Of a stretch of DNA of 64,000 nucleotides, positions 1-12,472 are shown piece by piece. Source of the DNA: Podarcis gaigeae (lineage: Eukaryota); NCBI GenBank assembly GCA_964106915.2, contig OZ066917.1. The stretch is one strand, 5' to 3'. The notes under the pieces are model-generated. The model worked only from the letters and a program-made list of their open reading frames with translations. It had not been told where the DNA came from and did no database searches. The translations under genes were made by a program, and so were the position numbers. How positions within the stretch are numbered: position 1 is the first letter of the stretch; each line of letters starts with the position of its first letter.

Positions 1-235
1 TCACCAGCATTTTAGGACAAATTTCTCCTAACAAAAACTACTTTGTATGCGATTTTGACAATGTGCATATTTTTCCAAGCAATTTTTGCTAATACGTACA
101 ATGCACCTTTTATATGTTATTTTCACTAATATCTTCATTTTTATGCACACTTCCCTTTATTACGTGCAGTTTTGTTAGACTGCTTCGCATTGCATCACAA
201 AATTCAGATAGGTGTGAATTTTGAAGGATTGTTGA
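1..235 (-). mobile_element. Fragment of an unclassified lizard interspersed repeat (same family as 29464-29865 and 61160-61490)
   Basis: Shares motifs such as GCAATTTT..CTAATA, TTTCACTAATAT and CAAAATTCAGA...GTGTGAATTTTGAAGGAT with 61160-61490, and in reverse complement with 29464-29865. Confidence 0.55.
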
Positions 236-1296
236 CGTCTCTTCAGGTGACAGAGTCTGGCTTTGCATAGTTGAAATTTATGTAGTCATTTTAAAGGTAG
301 TATGGCAGCTAAATGTTCTACACAATCTCTTCAGTCAGTTAGATTTTGAAATGTGAAATAGCAATAGTTTACGGGCTATCAGTGGTTATTACTCTCTCCA
401 GTCACATGGCTGTGTTTCAGACTCAATTTCTTCTTCCCTGACTTCCAAATCTCTTTGTGGCTTTAAGAATAGGTTTCTATGAGCTGCTGATCTTGCAAAG
501 TGGCCAGACATTGTGTCATGGATCAACACTATCAACACTATTCTGTCACTTCAAGCGGTTCAATACTGCCCCCCTCCACAACCTAGTTTCTTTCTCTGTA
601 CTTCAAAGCTTTGCAGTCACACTTTCCTGGAGAGTTCATATTCTATTCAAGTTAGAAAAATAAACTGGAGGAAAATATGTTTTTTCATGCGAGTTCTGCA
701 TCAAGTTATATAACTTTGTCAAATCTTTTTTCTACTTTGCAGAACTTCTGAAAGCTTGAGAGCTGATACTGTTGATAAGGACAATGAATATTGTTTTAAA
801 AACTGTATATTTTTTATCCAACCCTTCCTCCGGGTTGCTCAGCTGGGTGTACGTGATTCTCACAACATTGTAGGGTAGTTACATGGAGAGATAGTGACTG
901 ATCTCCCCCATTTATGGTTTATTTTTCCTGTAAACATACTGAATTGGACTGAAGCATGATGACCTCATGTCAGTCAGTACAACTAAATTCCCAGATGGGG
1001 TGTGTCAATGACTTAGTGAAGTTGTACTTGTAGCAGGGTATATGTAGCGGGCTCAATGCATTTTCAGACTCTGAAGTTGTAGAGTCTATAGTTTGGCCTG
1101 GATCTTGCTTAGTCTACTGCCATGCCCACTGCAGCCAGGGACTTGGCTGATTCTCTTCCTATCCATTGCAGAAGCACATGCTCAATTGATGATGCTGCAC
1201 ATGTTAGCCTGAAAGAAAGATGGTTGTATTCATATCTGTACTTGATGACCTTTGGCAAAATTCCAGAAGTCTTTGCGACCCTTTCAGATGCCAAAG

Positions 1297-1297
<1 letters not shown>

Positions 1298-1348
<51 letters not shown>
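1298..1348. repeat. (TC)n(AC)n compound microsatellite
   Basis: Directly visible dinucleotide runs. Confidence 0.95.
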
Positions 1349-2007
1349 TACCTAGAGATATATATTTTCCTATGTATATAAAAAGCAAGGTGTCATTCAT
1401 CATGCTATGTAGTTTGAGTGAACTCTGGTGAGAGGCCACACCTTCTGCAGTATGGGTGTACAGGGAGGGGAGTTGGCTAAGTGTGTGGAAAAGGCAAAGG
1501 GGTAGGCAGGTTTGGCAAGCAAAGTGAGCAGGGGCAATAGCCCCTAATCTCTCCCCTCCCCCCTCTCTCTCACACACAGACACACACCCCTTCCCTATTG
1601 TGAAATCCTCAGATTAGTGTGTATGTGTATCTGGCCTTACATTTTGATAACAGACTTTTGAAAAATAAAAACAACAACAACACCTGTCTTCAGTTGCCTA
1701 TAGCCTAAGGCTGACTCTTCTACATGATGAAAGTGCTCAAGAGAAGCTCTTTTGCTATTATCATTTCTTGCAACCAGTATATGCACACCACTGCATGGTG
1801 ATATTTATAATTTCATTAATGTGTGTGTGTGTGTGTGTGGAATAGTTGGCAGAGAATGACACCTTGCTATGGCTCACAGAAATGCACACCTGCACTCTAA
1901 TGCAGCATTGTTTCTCACTGCTGTTAGTCGTTGCTGCTCCTGTGAGCATACAGAGAAGGGTGTGTGTCCAGTGTGTGGCGAGGAATCACTGCAGGCAGCC
2001 AAAGTCT

Positions 2008-2087
2008 ATGGGCTGTGGCAGAGGAGAAAGAGAATTGTCAGCTGAAATGTCTCACCCATGGGGTTGCAGACAGGAGACCGCATATGG
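2008..2087 (+). other. Candidate coding first exon of an unidentified host gene
   Basis: ATGs at 2008 (MGCGRGERELSAEMSHPWGCRQETAY) and 2058 (MGLQTGDRIW) end at a consensus donor GG|GTGAGT (GT at 2088) in TE-free sequence. No homology recognised. Confidence 0.25.
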
Positions 2088-2843
2088 GTGAGTAGACAAT
2101 AAGAGCTAAACTTCGTTCAGTGCTAAATTTCCAGCTAGAAGGCATAGATTTTGAAAATGTTATTAAGTTTTATTGGCAAATGGCTTAATCAAGTGAACAG
2201 TATCATGCATATTGTAGGAAACTAATGACAGTTCCCCTTTAAGAAAACTATTATCAGACATAGTTATGTTTAAAGCTATTAAATTCACCCAAGTAGAGGT
2301 GAGAATAATTTTAATGGTGTGTGTAAATTACTCTGGAGGGGTGGAAAAAGCATATTTTGTAATGATTATTGAAGATTGCATGGCATGGCATTATTTCATT
2401 ATTAAAGAAGTATTAACAATTTATTAGTCTAGAATAAAAGTACCAAGCCGCTTCCGCAGCTGGCTGAAATTGAGGGTTCTGAAATATTGTCTCAGGCAAT
2501 GTTAGAAACCAATTAAAAGTGTGCATGGGTGGAAGAATATAAATGGTAAGACAGGAGCCGGGGGTTCTTACTTGAGATGAGCAATAGATGAGATGAAGTG
2601 TTGAATGAAGAAATGTGTTGTGGGTAATGACTAACAACAATAAGTGGATTTGCCTCTATGTATCCAAGGATGCTTCCTACCCATGTATATCTTTGAGCAA
2701 CTGCAACTTCCTGCAGGCTGCTCTATATTTTTTTATAGCCAGGATGGGTTGGGCCAGCATGCTTCATCCTTAGGCAGCCACAGTAGGCATGGAGTCGCCA
2801 TGGTAGGGGCATAGGAAGCAAGAAATAACATGGCAACCTTTGT

Positions 2844-3665
2844 CATTGGGCATGTATCCTGAATCAACCAACCTGATTGCTGATTCATCACTTCATCAGG
2901 GTCAACCCCAAGTTAAGGATCTCCATATGGTGCACAACAAATATGGGTGACCCTTCCAGGACACTATTAAAGGTAAGGTAAAGGGACCCCTGACCATTAG
3001 GTCCAGTCGTGGTCGACTCTGGGGTTGCGGCGCTCATCTCGCTTTATTGGCTGAGGGAGCAGGCGTAGAGCTTCTTGGTCATGTGTCTAGCATGACTAAG
3101 CCACTTCTGGAGATACAGAGCAGTGCACGGAAACGCTGTTTACCTTCCCGCCGGAGCTGTACCAATTTATCTACTTGCACTTTGACGTGCTTTCGAACTG
3201 CTAGGTGGGCAGGAGCAGGGACCAAGCAACGAGAGCTCACCCCGTTGCGGGGATTTGAACCGCTGACTTTCTGATCGGCAAATCCTAGGCTTTGTGGTTT
3301 AACCCACAGCGCCATCCACGTCCCTCCAGGACACTATTGGGGGAGTTCTATAGCCATTAGCCCATGTCTTGGCACATGGACCCCTTTACCAGTGACCCCG
3401 ATACTATGATCCAGAGGAGGGTGGAGTCACCCCCTCCAATTAGACTAAGGATCCAACCCAATGTCTTTTCCCGCCAACAAGTTGTGACAATTTCTGTGAG
3501 CTAGGTAAAGCCCCCAAAACTGGCCTGATTGGTTTGAAGGCAAATTCCTCCCTGGCACCGAAAACGGAAACTGAGTCACTCCACATCAAGGCCATATACA
3601 CGCAGCACCTGCTTAACTTCAGGTGGGGTGAAATTTATATAAGTTGGATGGGTGGAATGTCCAAT
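2844..3665 (-). mobile_element. Decayed copy of the ENE-bearing LTR-like element, interrupted by a Sauria SINE
   Basis: The minus strand reads ATTGG, TATATAAA, GGGAGG-AATTT-GCC...GGC-TTTA-CCT, TGTCACAACTTGTTGGCGG, CATTGGG and a GGAGGGGGTG/CACCCTCC hairpin, in the same order as in the copies at 42.6 and 62.3 kb. Boundaries are approximate. Confidence 0.55.
2969..3324 (-). mobile_element. Sauria SINE (Squam1), full length
   Basis: tRNA-derived head GGGACG..GGCGCTGTGGGTTAAACCAC, (ACCTTT)n-type tail, and 14-bp TSD TCCAGGACACTATT at 2955-2968 and 3325-3338. Confidence 0.95.
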
Positions 3666-5964
3666 ACTGACTGTGCTGCTTGAAGATGGTGCAGCCAGTT
3701 TTTATGCTCAGGAGTTGAAACAGGCTTGACTCAGGTCCGTTCTCAAAGTCCTGCCCCGTATTCTGGCCAATTCCAATACAAAAGTAGGAGAGTCCTGCCA
3801 CTGCCTGTTGGGGTTGATGATGCTGTTAGCCAGGTACACAGAATGTTTTTTGCCACCCCCATCACCTTGCCCACTGCCAAGCGGAAGAAACAACATGGAC
3901 TTTGAGAGGGCTCCTTGGTAAAATGCCTGTTGGTAGGCCTCCTATGTCAGTGGACTTCCCTGGCAGGATTACCTGGCAACATGTGGGTGGGACTGGGTCT
4001 GGCTCATTAGAACCCGATAGGAGAAAGTGAAGTTTCAGCATGTGATGTGCTGGGGTGCTGAGCCTTCGAAGGGTCTCAAGAAGATCATGGGCAGGCTCAT
4101 ATAGAGATAAGTGATAAACTTTGTCCCAAGTCCTCACCAGGCAGTGCTTCTGCTTGTATTGCAAATGAAGAGTCATGAAGACACAGGACATGAAAAGGCA
4201 TGGGGGTCTTCTTCAATCATGCATTTCCTAGTGGCTTTTCTCCTTACATTTCTATTTGTCTCAGTTCCTGGGTTTTCTATCTCGTGCAACCAGTGGTGCC
4301 CACAGAGATCTTCAACAGTTATTTTCATGAGCACAGTAGAACTTTTGTGGAGATGGTATGTGCGTGAGAATTACTTTTGATTACAAAAATCACTTGGTAA
4401 GTGTATCATCATGGCTCCAGTTCACACAGTGCTTTTCTGCATGTGATCAGGTGCATAAATGAACCCAGGAAAGACTGGATGTAAAACAACAGCAGCAGCA
4501 ACAACAACAACAACCAAGAAACAGAATAAGGCTCATGTGAATTGGCCTCTAGATTTCGGCTACTGTCTGAGAGGATCTTAATTGCACTGAAATCTAGTGA
4601 CAGGCTTTTTTCTTAGTGCTATGTTTGCTTCCATATTTTAATACACAACACTTAAGGAAATGATGTAAACGAGCCTTAACAAGAGAGAAGGGAGCATATA
4701 TTTGAATTAATAAAGCACATTAAATAAAATCTGGTTTAGACTCTGTCATGAAAGAGCTAATTGCCACAGTCCACAATTCTACAATTCTTCTATAGACTTT
4801 CAGAGGAATAAAGTAAAAATTGTTACTACTGTTGAAAATTGTAATACAGAAATTTCAGGGAGTTAGTAGCAGTGAATGCAATCATGGTCCCTAAATTATT
4901 ACTCTAGTCTTACAAGTGGAGTGTACTATTAAGGCAAGGCATGTTGATTTTATGCATTATTATTTATAAAAATATTTTTATACTCCCATCGTATAACTTA
5001 TCAAGGCAGTGTATAGCAATACATCTGTGCAATGAAACAGAAATCACCACTGAAAACAGTACAAATCAAATGAATGGCTAATCAAAAGGTATTCAACAGA
5101 TGCCTAAAAGTCAAAGTATTCCACAGGATGTTACCAATAAAACATGTAAGAGGGAAAGGTGGGGAGGGGGGATAGATAAGGGCAGGTAGGGGTTAAAGGT
5201 CAAGATGATAGCAGTACCTTGTAGTTCACAGTGTTATTCCAAATATCAAGCCTAGAAATATTACTATTGCTGGCTACACATCCAGTTTATACAATGCCTC
5301 TAACCTACCAGCAGAAAGCTATTAAAAACAAATTTGCACACATTAAGAAGCTGGAATAATTCAGTAAATGTTATTGGGTGGACCTAAGCTCAGCAAATGA
5401 ATCATTCAAACAGGTTACTATTTAAAGTTGCACACAGTTATTTTCTTATTTGCTTCCCCCCTTTTTTCTTTCTTTTTTCTAAAAAAAGAACCCTTCTTTT
5501 TACTGTAAAAAGCTTAATCTGTTTATTCACTTTTCACTGGACAAAGCACTGTTTCAATGCTATGCTGCTGTGTTTGGCAGAGTTACAATTACATCATTAG
5601 AGCAGCAGTGCTAAGAAGAACATTAAACCCTTTCAGATCCTTAGCTCTTCAGTACCTTTCATGCCAGCAGGCAATATTAATTAAATTCTTTTTTAAAAAA
5701 AGCCCAGTATCTGGTTTAAATTGTATTATAAGAAGTACTAGGAAATGTGATTGTAGTCTCAGAAAAGTTCTTGGTTCCGGGACTGAACACAGAACTGAGA
5801 AGCTGTGAAGTCCGGAGGGGGATATTCATGGTAATGATGCTACTTGTTTTCTGTACAAGCTGCTAACAATCCTTCCTGTACTTTGACCCATGTAAAAGAA
5901 TGCTAATTTAAATAGCTCTTCTCCTTGAAATATTTGGATTAGGCTGTACGTTAGGGTAGAATTA

Positions 5965-6310
5965 GGGACGCGGGTGGTGCTGTGGTCTAAACCACTGAGC
6001 CTAGGGCTTGCCGATTGGAAGGTTGGTGGTTTGAATCCCCGCCACGGGGTGAGCTCCCGTTGCTCGGTCCCAGCTCCTGCCAACCTAGCAGTTCAAAAGC
6101 ACCTCAAAGTGCAAGTAGATAAATAGGTTCCACTCCGGCAGGAAGGTATACGGTGTTTCCGTGCAGCGAGTTATTCATGCTGGCCACATGACCCGGAAAA
6201 ACTGTCTGCAGACAAACACCGGCTCCTTTGGCTAGTAAAGCAAGATGAGTGCCACAACCCCAGAGTCATTTGCAACTGGACTTAACTGTCAGGGGTCCTT
6301 TACCTTTTTA
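5965..6310 (+). mobile_element. Sauria SINE, variant subfamily
   Basis: Head GGGACGCGGGTGGTGCTGTGGTCTAAACCACTGAGC, tail CAGGGGTCCTTTACCTTTT, and 12-bp TSD AGGGTAGAATTA at 5953-5964 and 6311-6322. Confidence 0.95.
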
Positions 6311-6419
6311 AGGGTAGAATTATCAGGGTAATTATAATTCCCAGATCAATGCTACATCATGTACAACTTGGGATCAGGTTGCCTAATAGAACCAGTTTTG
6401 CCCCATATATACCTGCTCA

Positions 6420-6752
6420 GAATGGGGCACTGCTGAGAGCCCCACATGCCCCAGAGATCCTCTTGGTTTGTACGAGAAACCAGGCTTTTAATGTCGAGGC
6501 TCCAGCACTCTGGAGTCAATTACCGGCTGAAAATTAGACGGGCATCTGACATCTTGATGTTTAGGTGGCTGCTGTTGACATTTTTGTTTCAGGAGACTTT
6601 CTATGAAGTGCGACCCAGTCATTCATGGAACATTGATTCTACATCAGTACAAACGGCTGTATTCAAATTGTTTTTAATATGTTTCCCTTATTTTATCACT
6701 TGCTGTTTGCCACCCTGGGAGACAGGGCAAAATATTAAATAAATAAATAAAG
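6420..6752 (+). mobile_element. Old L2-clade LINE 3' end
   Basis: Degenerate RAFSV.AP.LW-like coding remnant (CAGGCTTTTAATGTCGAGGCTCCAGCACTCTGG) and an (AAAT)n tail. Confidence 0.6.
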
Positions 6753-6819
6753 CAATTGTTTTGAGATTCTGTATTTCAGTTTACATTTATCTTGTATATG
6801 GCTGTGGTGGCCTGAAATG

Positions 6820-6866
6820 GAAGAAGAAGAAGAAGGAGGAGGAGGAGGAGGAGGAGGAGGAGGAAG
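6820..6866. repeat. (GAA)n(GGA)n trinucleotide microsatellite
   Basis: Directly visible; it produces the poly-E and poly-G ORFs. Confidence 0.95.
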
Positions 6867-7863
6867 TAAAGGGTCATTCATTGCAACAAAACACTTTCAA
6901 GTCAGTGGATTTCCCAGATACTGCAGAAATGGGTGGGTTGCTTCAGTTCTTGAAATCTCAGCATTCCAGATCAGAAATGATCCCTGTTGTGGAACCTCCA
7001 TTGCTCAGCTGCCACCACCATGCAGTGAGACAATGGTTGGAGAGAGAAAGGGCCTTTGTGATTGGGAACACTGATATATCCAAGTGAATTAATTAATTTA
7101 TAATTTAAAACTACCAACTTATATAAAAAAGCAATAGAATGGCAGTGTACAATTAAATTATAAGAAGCTGTTGTGGGCCCAGGAGCAGTGGAACCATTTA
7201 CGTGTGCTGTATACAATACAGCTGTATACGCTGTGCCACAAGAAGGCACTGTGGAGTCCCATTTTTCCCTACCGGATTTCCCTGTTTAAATTTACAGCGC
7301 ATTTAACTGAAACGCTTTTCTGATGCGTCCAGATCTAGTTCAAGTTTAGGACTAGATGGCAGATAGATGGTATGGTGTAGATTGTGGTGATAAATGACAG
7401 GTCCAGGGTTCCAAACAAATGTTTTCTTTTCTTTTCTTTTTAAAAAGTTTCTCAAACTGTACACTAGGGAGTAAAGCTACTTGAATTTAGGACTGGGATG
7501 AATTACACATCAGATCACACAATTAGATGCCACAAAAAATGAAGGCGGGTGTCGAATACCTGATCAGAAGATAATCATGCTGCATTATGTATGGCAGTCC
7601 CACATTCACTTTTGACGTGGTGACAGGAGGTATTTTGCCTGTCAGGTGAAAGCTTGAGGACGAACAGTCTCTCTGAAATGAAAAACACGAGCTGTCACTG
7701 CATGGGGTGTGTTTGTAAGAAATACTCCCCCAAGTGAAACTGATAAGAGAAAATCCTCTTTCAATTGTTAAAATGACCACAGGAACCGGGCCATAATGTC
7801 TGCTTTTGCTTTCAATTCCTTTACCCCAACAATGGAAAAAACTTGACATTCAAAATCATCATG

Positions 7864-8782
7864 GGGGAGGCACCATAGCACAGCGTAGAGCAAATGCATT
7901 GCAGGCCCAAGGGCTCAGTTTCAATTCCCTCACATCTCCGCTTAAAAGAGTCTTAAGTATAGAATCATAGAATCGTATGCAATGCAGGAATCTCATCTAA
8001 AGCATCCATGACAATAGCAGGTAATGGGAAGGCACTCTGTTCCCGAGAATCCTGTCAGAGAAGATAATACTGGGCTGTTGTTGTTGTTTAGTCGTGTCCG
8101 ACTCTTCGTGACCCCATGGACCAGAGCACACCAGGCACTCCTGTCTTCCACTGCCACCCGCAGTTTGGTCAGACTCATGCTGGTAGGTTTGATAACACTG
8201 TCCAACCATCTCGTCCTCTGTCGTTCCCTTCTCCTTGTGCCCTCAATCTTTCCCAACATCAGGGTCTTTTCCAGGGAGTCTTCTCATGAGGTGGCCAAAG
8301 TATTGGAGCCTCAGCTTCAGGATCTGTCCTTCCAGTGAGCACTCAGGGCTTATTTCCTTAGGAATGGAGAGGTTTGATCTTCTTGCAGTCCATGGGACTC
8401 TCAAGAGTCTCCTCCAACACCATAATTCAAAAGCATCAATTCTTCAGTGATCAGCCTTCTTTATGGTCCAGCTCTCACTTCCATACATCACTACTGGGAA
8501 AACCACAGCTTTTACTATACGGACCTTTGTTGGCAAGGTGATGTCTCTGCTTTTTAAGATGCTGTCTAGATCTGTCATTGCTTTTCTCCCAAGAAGCAGG
8601 CGTCTTTTAAATTTGGTACTGCTGTCACCATCTGCAGTGATCATGGAGCCTAAGAAAGTAAAATCTCTCATTGCTTCATTTCTTCCCCTTCTATTTGCCA
8701 CGGCAAGGCAATGATCCATGAAGGGGAATACTGGGCTAGATGGACAAAATAGTCTTTTACCTGATATCAGGCAGTTTTTATC
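7864..8782 (+). mobile_element. Squam3-like tRNA-derived SINE split by a Bov-B insertion
   Basis: Degenerate tRNA head at 7864-7940. The Squam3-type body AATACTGGGCTAGATGGAC...GGCAGTT resumes at 8727, after the Bov-B. Confidence 0.65.
8077..8726 (-). mobile_element. Bov-B (RTE clade) LINE, 5'-truncated 3' end
   Basis: ORF remnants DFTFLGSMITADGDSS..KRRLLLGRKAM..LKSRDITLPTKVRIVKA..MYGSESWTIKKA and LGKIEG.RRR..QR.RWLD..VHGVTKSRTRL. (CAA)n tail. 11-bp TSD AATACTGGGCT at 8066-8076 and 8727-8737. Confidence 0.95.
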
Positions 8783-9267
8783 TATTGTAACTCAATCCAC
8801 ACGTGGGAGTTCCTGGAGAAGAGAACTCCAACCATTGTATCCCTTCATTGATTCTCCTGCTGCCACACTACCTGGGCCTTAGCCATGGTTTGGCTTCCCA
8901 GGGCTCATGGTTTGTTTTCTTTAGACAAACCACAAGAACAAACCTTGGCTGCAGCTTGTACTTTGTTTGGACTTAAACAAAGTGAGCATGGGTTTGGGTC
9001 ACATGGTAAACAATACCATAGCTTAGCCTTGGGTAGTGCAGAAGTGGGAAAACCTGGAGAGGACTGTAGTGACAACACGTTCCTCTCAATGTGTTTGTGC
9101 TAATCAGTATTTACAAGTTTAAGTTGTTTTGGAGGAAGTACTCTAGATTTAAAGTGCTTTTTAGAGGAATCACTTTGACTCCAAACTGTTTCCCTTGCAG
9201 GGGGGGGGGGGGGATACTTTGTTTAAAAATTGTTTGGATTTGGATTCAAAGTGCTTTCTCCAAAACA

Positions 9268-9639
9268 GAGTTGGGTATGTTTAACTTGGAGAAGAGGAAA
9301 CAGAGGTGATATGATAGATAGCCATCTTCAAATATCACAAGGGCTGTCACATGAAAGAGGGAGCAAGCTTGTTTTCTCCAGCTCTGGAGGGTAGGGCCTG
9401 AACCAATGGATTCAAATTACAAGGGAGATTTTGACTTAACATTAGGAAGAACTTTCTGACAGTATGAGCTGTTTGACAGTGGAATGGACTCCCTCGGAAG
9501 CTGGTGGACTCTCCTTCCTTGGTGGTTTTTAAGAAGAGGTTAGATGGCCATCTGTCAAGGTTTCTTTAGTTTTGATTCCTGCATTGCTGGGAATTGGACT
9601 AGATGGCCCTCTAACCCCACAATTCTATGATTCTATGAT
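9268..9639 (+). mobile_element. CR1 LINE 3' end
   Basis: ELGMFNLEKR remnant, the AACATTAGGAAGAACTTTCTGAC motif, and terminal (ATTCTATG)2. Confidence 0.9.
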
Positions 9640-9759
9640 CATATTACATCTATTCCATCCAGTGATTGCAATAATGCAATTATTGGCATGGCTGCTACTG
9701 CTATTGAGGATCATTCCCATGTTAGTAATAGAATGTCCCAAGTCTTCCACCTACATGGG

Positions 9760-9912
9760 CTTAGGTGAAATCTACACACAAATAAAAACGTTCTGGAAAT
9801 GCTTTTATTTAACATTGAATTTTACACTGAATTTTCTATAAGGCTCACCATTGCCATCTAGTGTCACATTGTATATTGCACTTAAAACACACTTAAAACT
9901 TTTATTTGCAGC
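9760..9912 (+). mobile_element. Non-autonomous DNA-transposon-like repeat (inverted copy at 38494-38648)
   Basis: The block GCCATCTAGTGTCACATTGTATATTGCACTTAAAACACACTTAAAAC recurs reverse-complemented near 38500-38560. Confidence 0.6.
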
Positions 9913-12333
9913 TGTAGCTGCAAATGGGTTGCTATAATCATGGGTTGCTATAATCATGATGTAACAGCATCCTATACAGGTAGAAGGCTTTAGATTAGGG
10001 GTAGGCCCTGCAGGGTAGCTCCTACAGTGATGCACAGGTGTTGCTGGGCAACAGCTCCTATCAGCCCCTATCAGCAAGCAGGCCAAGGGGATGATGTTGT
10101 ACCACAACCTTGGGATAGCACCATGTTGGCTATCTCTGTTCTCTTATTGTAATAGGAGCAACCCTGCCAGTAAATACATGTATAATACTGTACACACTTT
10201 TTTATGTGGACATATCGAATTGTGGCCAAATTGGATATGACAATAATAGTGTCTAGTTTTCAAATTTTAAAAAGCAGCTGCTTGAGCCCTTCCTATTTCC
10301 CTGTTACACAAAACAACAGATTCCTGGTTACTTCACTTTCTAACTCTGGTTGAGCTGCAGTACAGGCTCAGTGTTCTCTACCTGCTTGCCCGTTTCTTTC
10401 CAGACACCACGGAATGGCTTAAGGCAGGGAACTGCTTTGCCCCCTCTTTCTAGTCTCACTAGCAGTTTTTTCAGCATCCTCCTGGGGAGAACTGCGCTCC
10501 CAACACCAGCGTTGATTCAGCTCACCTGGATGGCGCAAAGCAGGGCAGCGTTGAGGTGTGAGCTGTTTGGGTGTACCAGTGGACCCAATCCAGCTGTTCC
10601 ACTGATGTGCCTGACCTTGCTACTACCCTGCACAGTCCCAAGCAGGTAAGAAGCAGTGCTGGTACCTCTTGTGGTACCTCCAGCTTCCCCTTACTTTCTG
10701 CCCTGCTCCTTTTGAGACCCCATTTGCTGTAGCATATATATCCCTCCTTCTCTCCATCTTTCTATCCCACTTTGTGGGCTGTTGTCCTTCCCCACCTGCC
10801 TTGTACTGATTGTCCCCCAGCCTACACATCTCCCATAGTGTTTCCAAATCTTGGGAGTGATGTATGGAGAAAGAACCAAGAGGAACCTGCAGTGACGAAT
10901 GGAACAGGTAGTCCGGCCACACACCCAAAGAAAACATTGCAAAGCTGCAGGAATGGGATATTCAAACTGTAAAGTTCCACATATAGTAATTCCCATGGAG
11001 ATCAAGGGAGCTTATGCATTGACTGTGTTTATACATCCTGGGTAGATACTGATTTATGCAGCTGTATGGAACTGAACTCTCTTCATTAAAGAACATTCCA
11101 CCAGCTCATCGCTCTTTAAAAATACAAGAAGGGAATAGTTTTTGTTTAAAGAACATCCCTATAAATTAGATATAAGACTGGGAAATTAGGGCATTGCTTT
11201 TCCAGGGGAACCTTTAATAATACTCTACGTGATCCAGATATGGAGGGCTGCATACCTGGGATGAAGATAAAATAGACTCCATGACCATTTATAATCTAGT
11301 TTTCAAAATAAATAATTAAATGAAGCGATGGGCCCAAATTTTCAGCATGAGCAACACACAAGCACATTAAAGTTTAAATTCTCCTACAGTGCTCTTTAAT
11401 GATGGGGAAGCACAGGAATAAATGCCAAAAATCTGCATATTTTGGTGAATTGCTATTGCTAGGGTTTTAGGAGGTGGGTTTTTTAAAAAAAATCTTCTAT
11501 TTAATTCTGTGTAGACCTGTTTTTAATCAGCTCCTGACTATTATTCCCCGTCTCTTTCCCCCACTTTTCCCCCTTGTTCTTTGCCTTACCTTGGCAAAGC
11601 AATTAAAAAATGAAATGAAAAGCTTTCCAATATTTATAATTGTTCATCACAAACAGCAGGCTACGAAGCTATTGGGAGGGTATTACGAGTCGTTATGCCT
11701 CAGAATTAAACCCGGTACCCAAGAGATGCTCTAACTGTCACAGAGAAAGAAGCGGCCTGCTTAGCAACATCAGCACCATTTGCACACCCCAGCCGGGTGC
11801 TCTGTCTCCCACCGGCTCTCCACAGAAAAGAAAGACTAATTCAAGGTGTCTGCCGTTTTATTCAAGGTCCCCAAAGGTATGAGTGAATGCTAATTATCAG
11901 TTCTCATTGCTCGTGGTTCTACTTTGTGCCAAGTCATACTAATGAGGAACAATTCCCCGTTCCTCAGAGCTAACGATCAAAGAGCGCAAAGAACATACAT
12001 ATGCATGTATGTGTGTTTGCACTTGTGAGTGGCCATTGCTCCTGATCTACCTCAACATGGTGCTTGCTCAGCATTAGCTCAACAGGGCTCCCATCAGAGA
12101 TAAATTGGAGGGGCAACCCCCTACGCAATAAGCACAACAACCTATTTATTTTTAATGACAGTTAAGGAAATATATCTGAACAGAAAGTCATAAAAAAGAT
12201 GAAATATTAATCCATGCCAGAAGCCTGAGGCCAAAGAAATGGTTGATTCGTTCAAATGCATAAGTGAAAGCTGCATTCCTTTGGCTACAGGCTCAGCTAC
12301 AGCATAAGTTATCCTACAAAAAGTCCTTCAAAA

Positions 12334-12472
12334 NNNNNNNNNNNNNNNNNNNNNNNNNNNNNNNNNNNNNNNNNNNNNNNNNNNNNNNNNNNNNNNNNNN
12401 NNNNNNNNNNNNNNNNNNNNNNNNNNNNNNNNNNNNNNNNNNNNNNNNNNNNNNNNNNNNNNNNNNNNNNNN
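12334..12472. other. Assembly gap (139 N)
   Basis: Run of N adjoining the 3' end of an L2 copy. Confidence 0.99.

Noticed and set aside
3047-3274. Recurrent similar ORFs (..ASMTKPLL..LSTCTLTCF..) at 3.0, 39.1, 45.5 and 60.7 kb suggesting a gene family
   Set aside because: All are antisense translations of Sauria SINE copies.
6761-7087. ORFs with poly-K, poly-E or poly-G tracts
   Set aside because: They come from the (GAA)n(GGA)n microsatellite; no splice or homology support.
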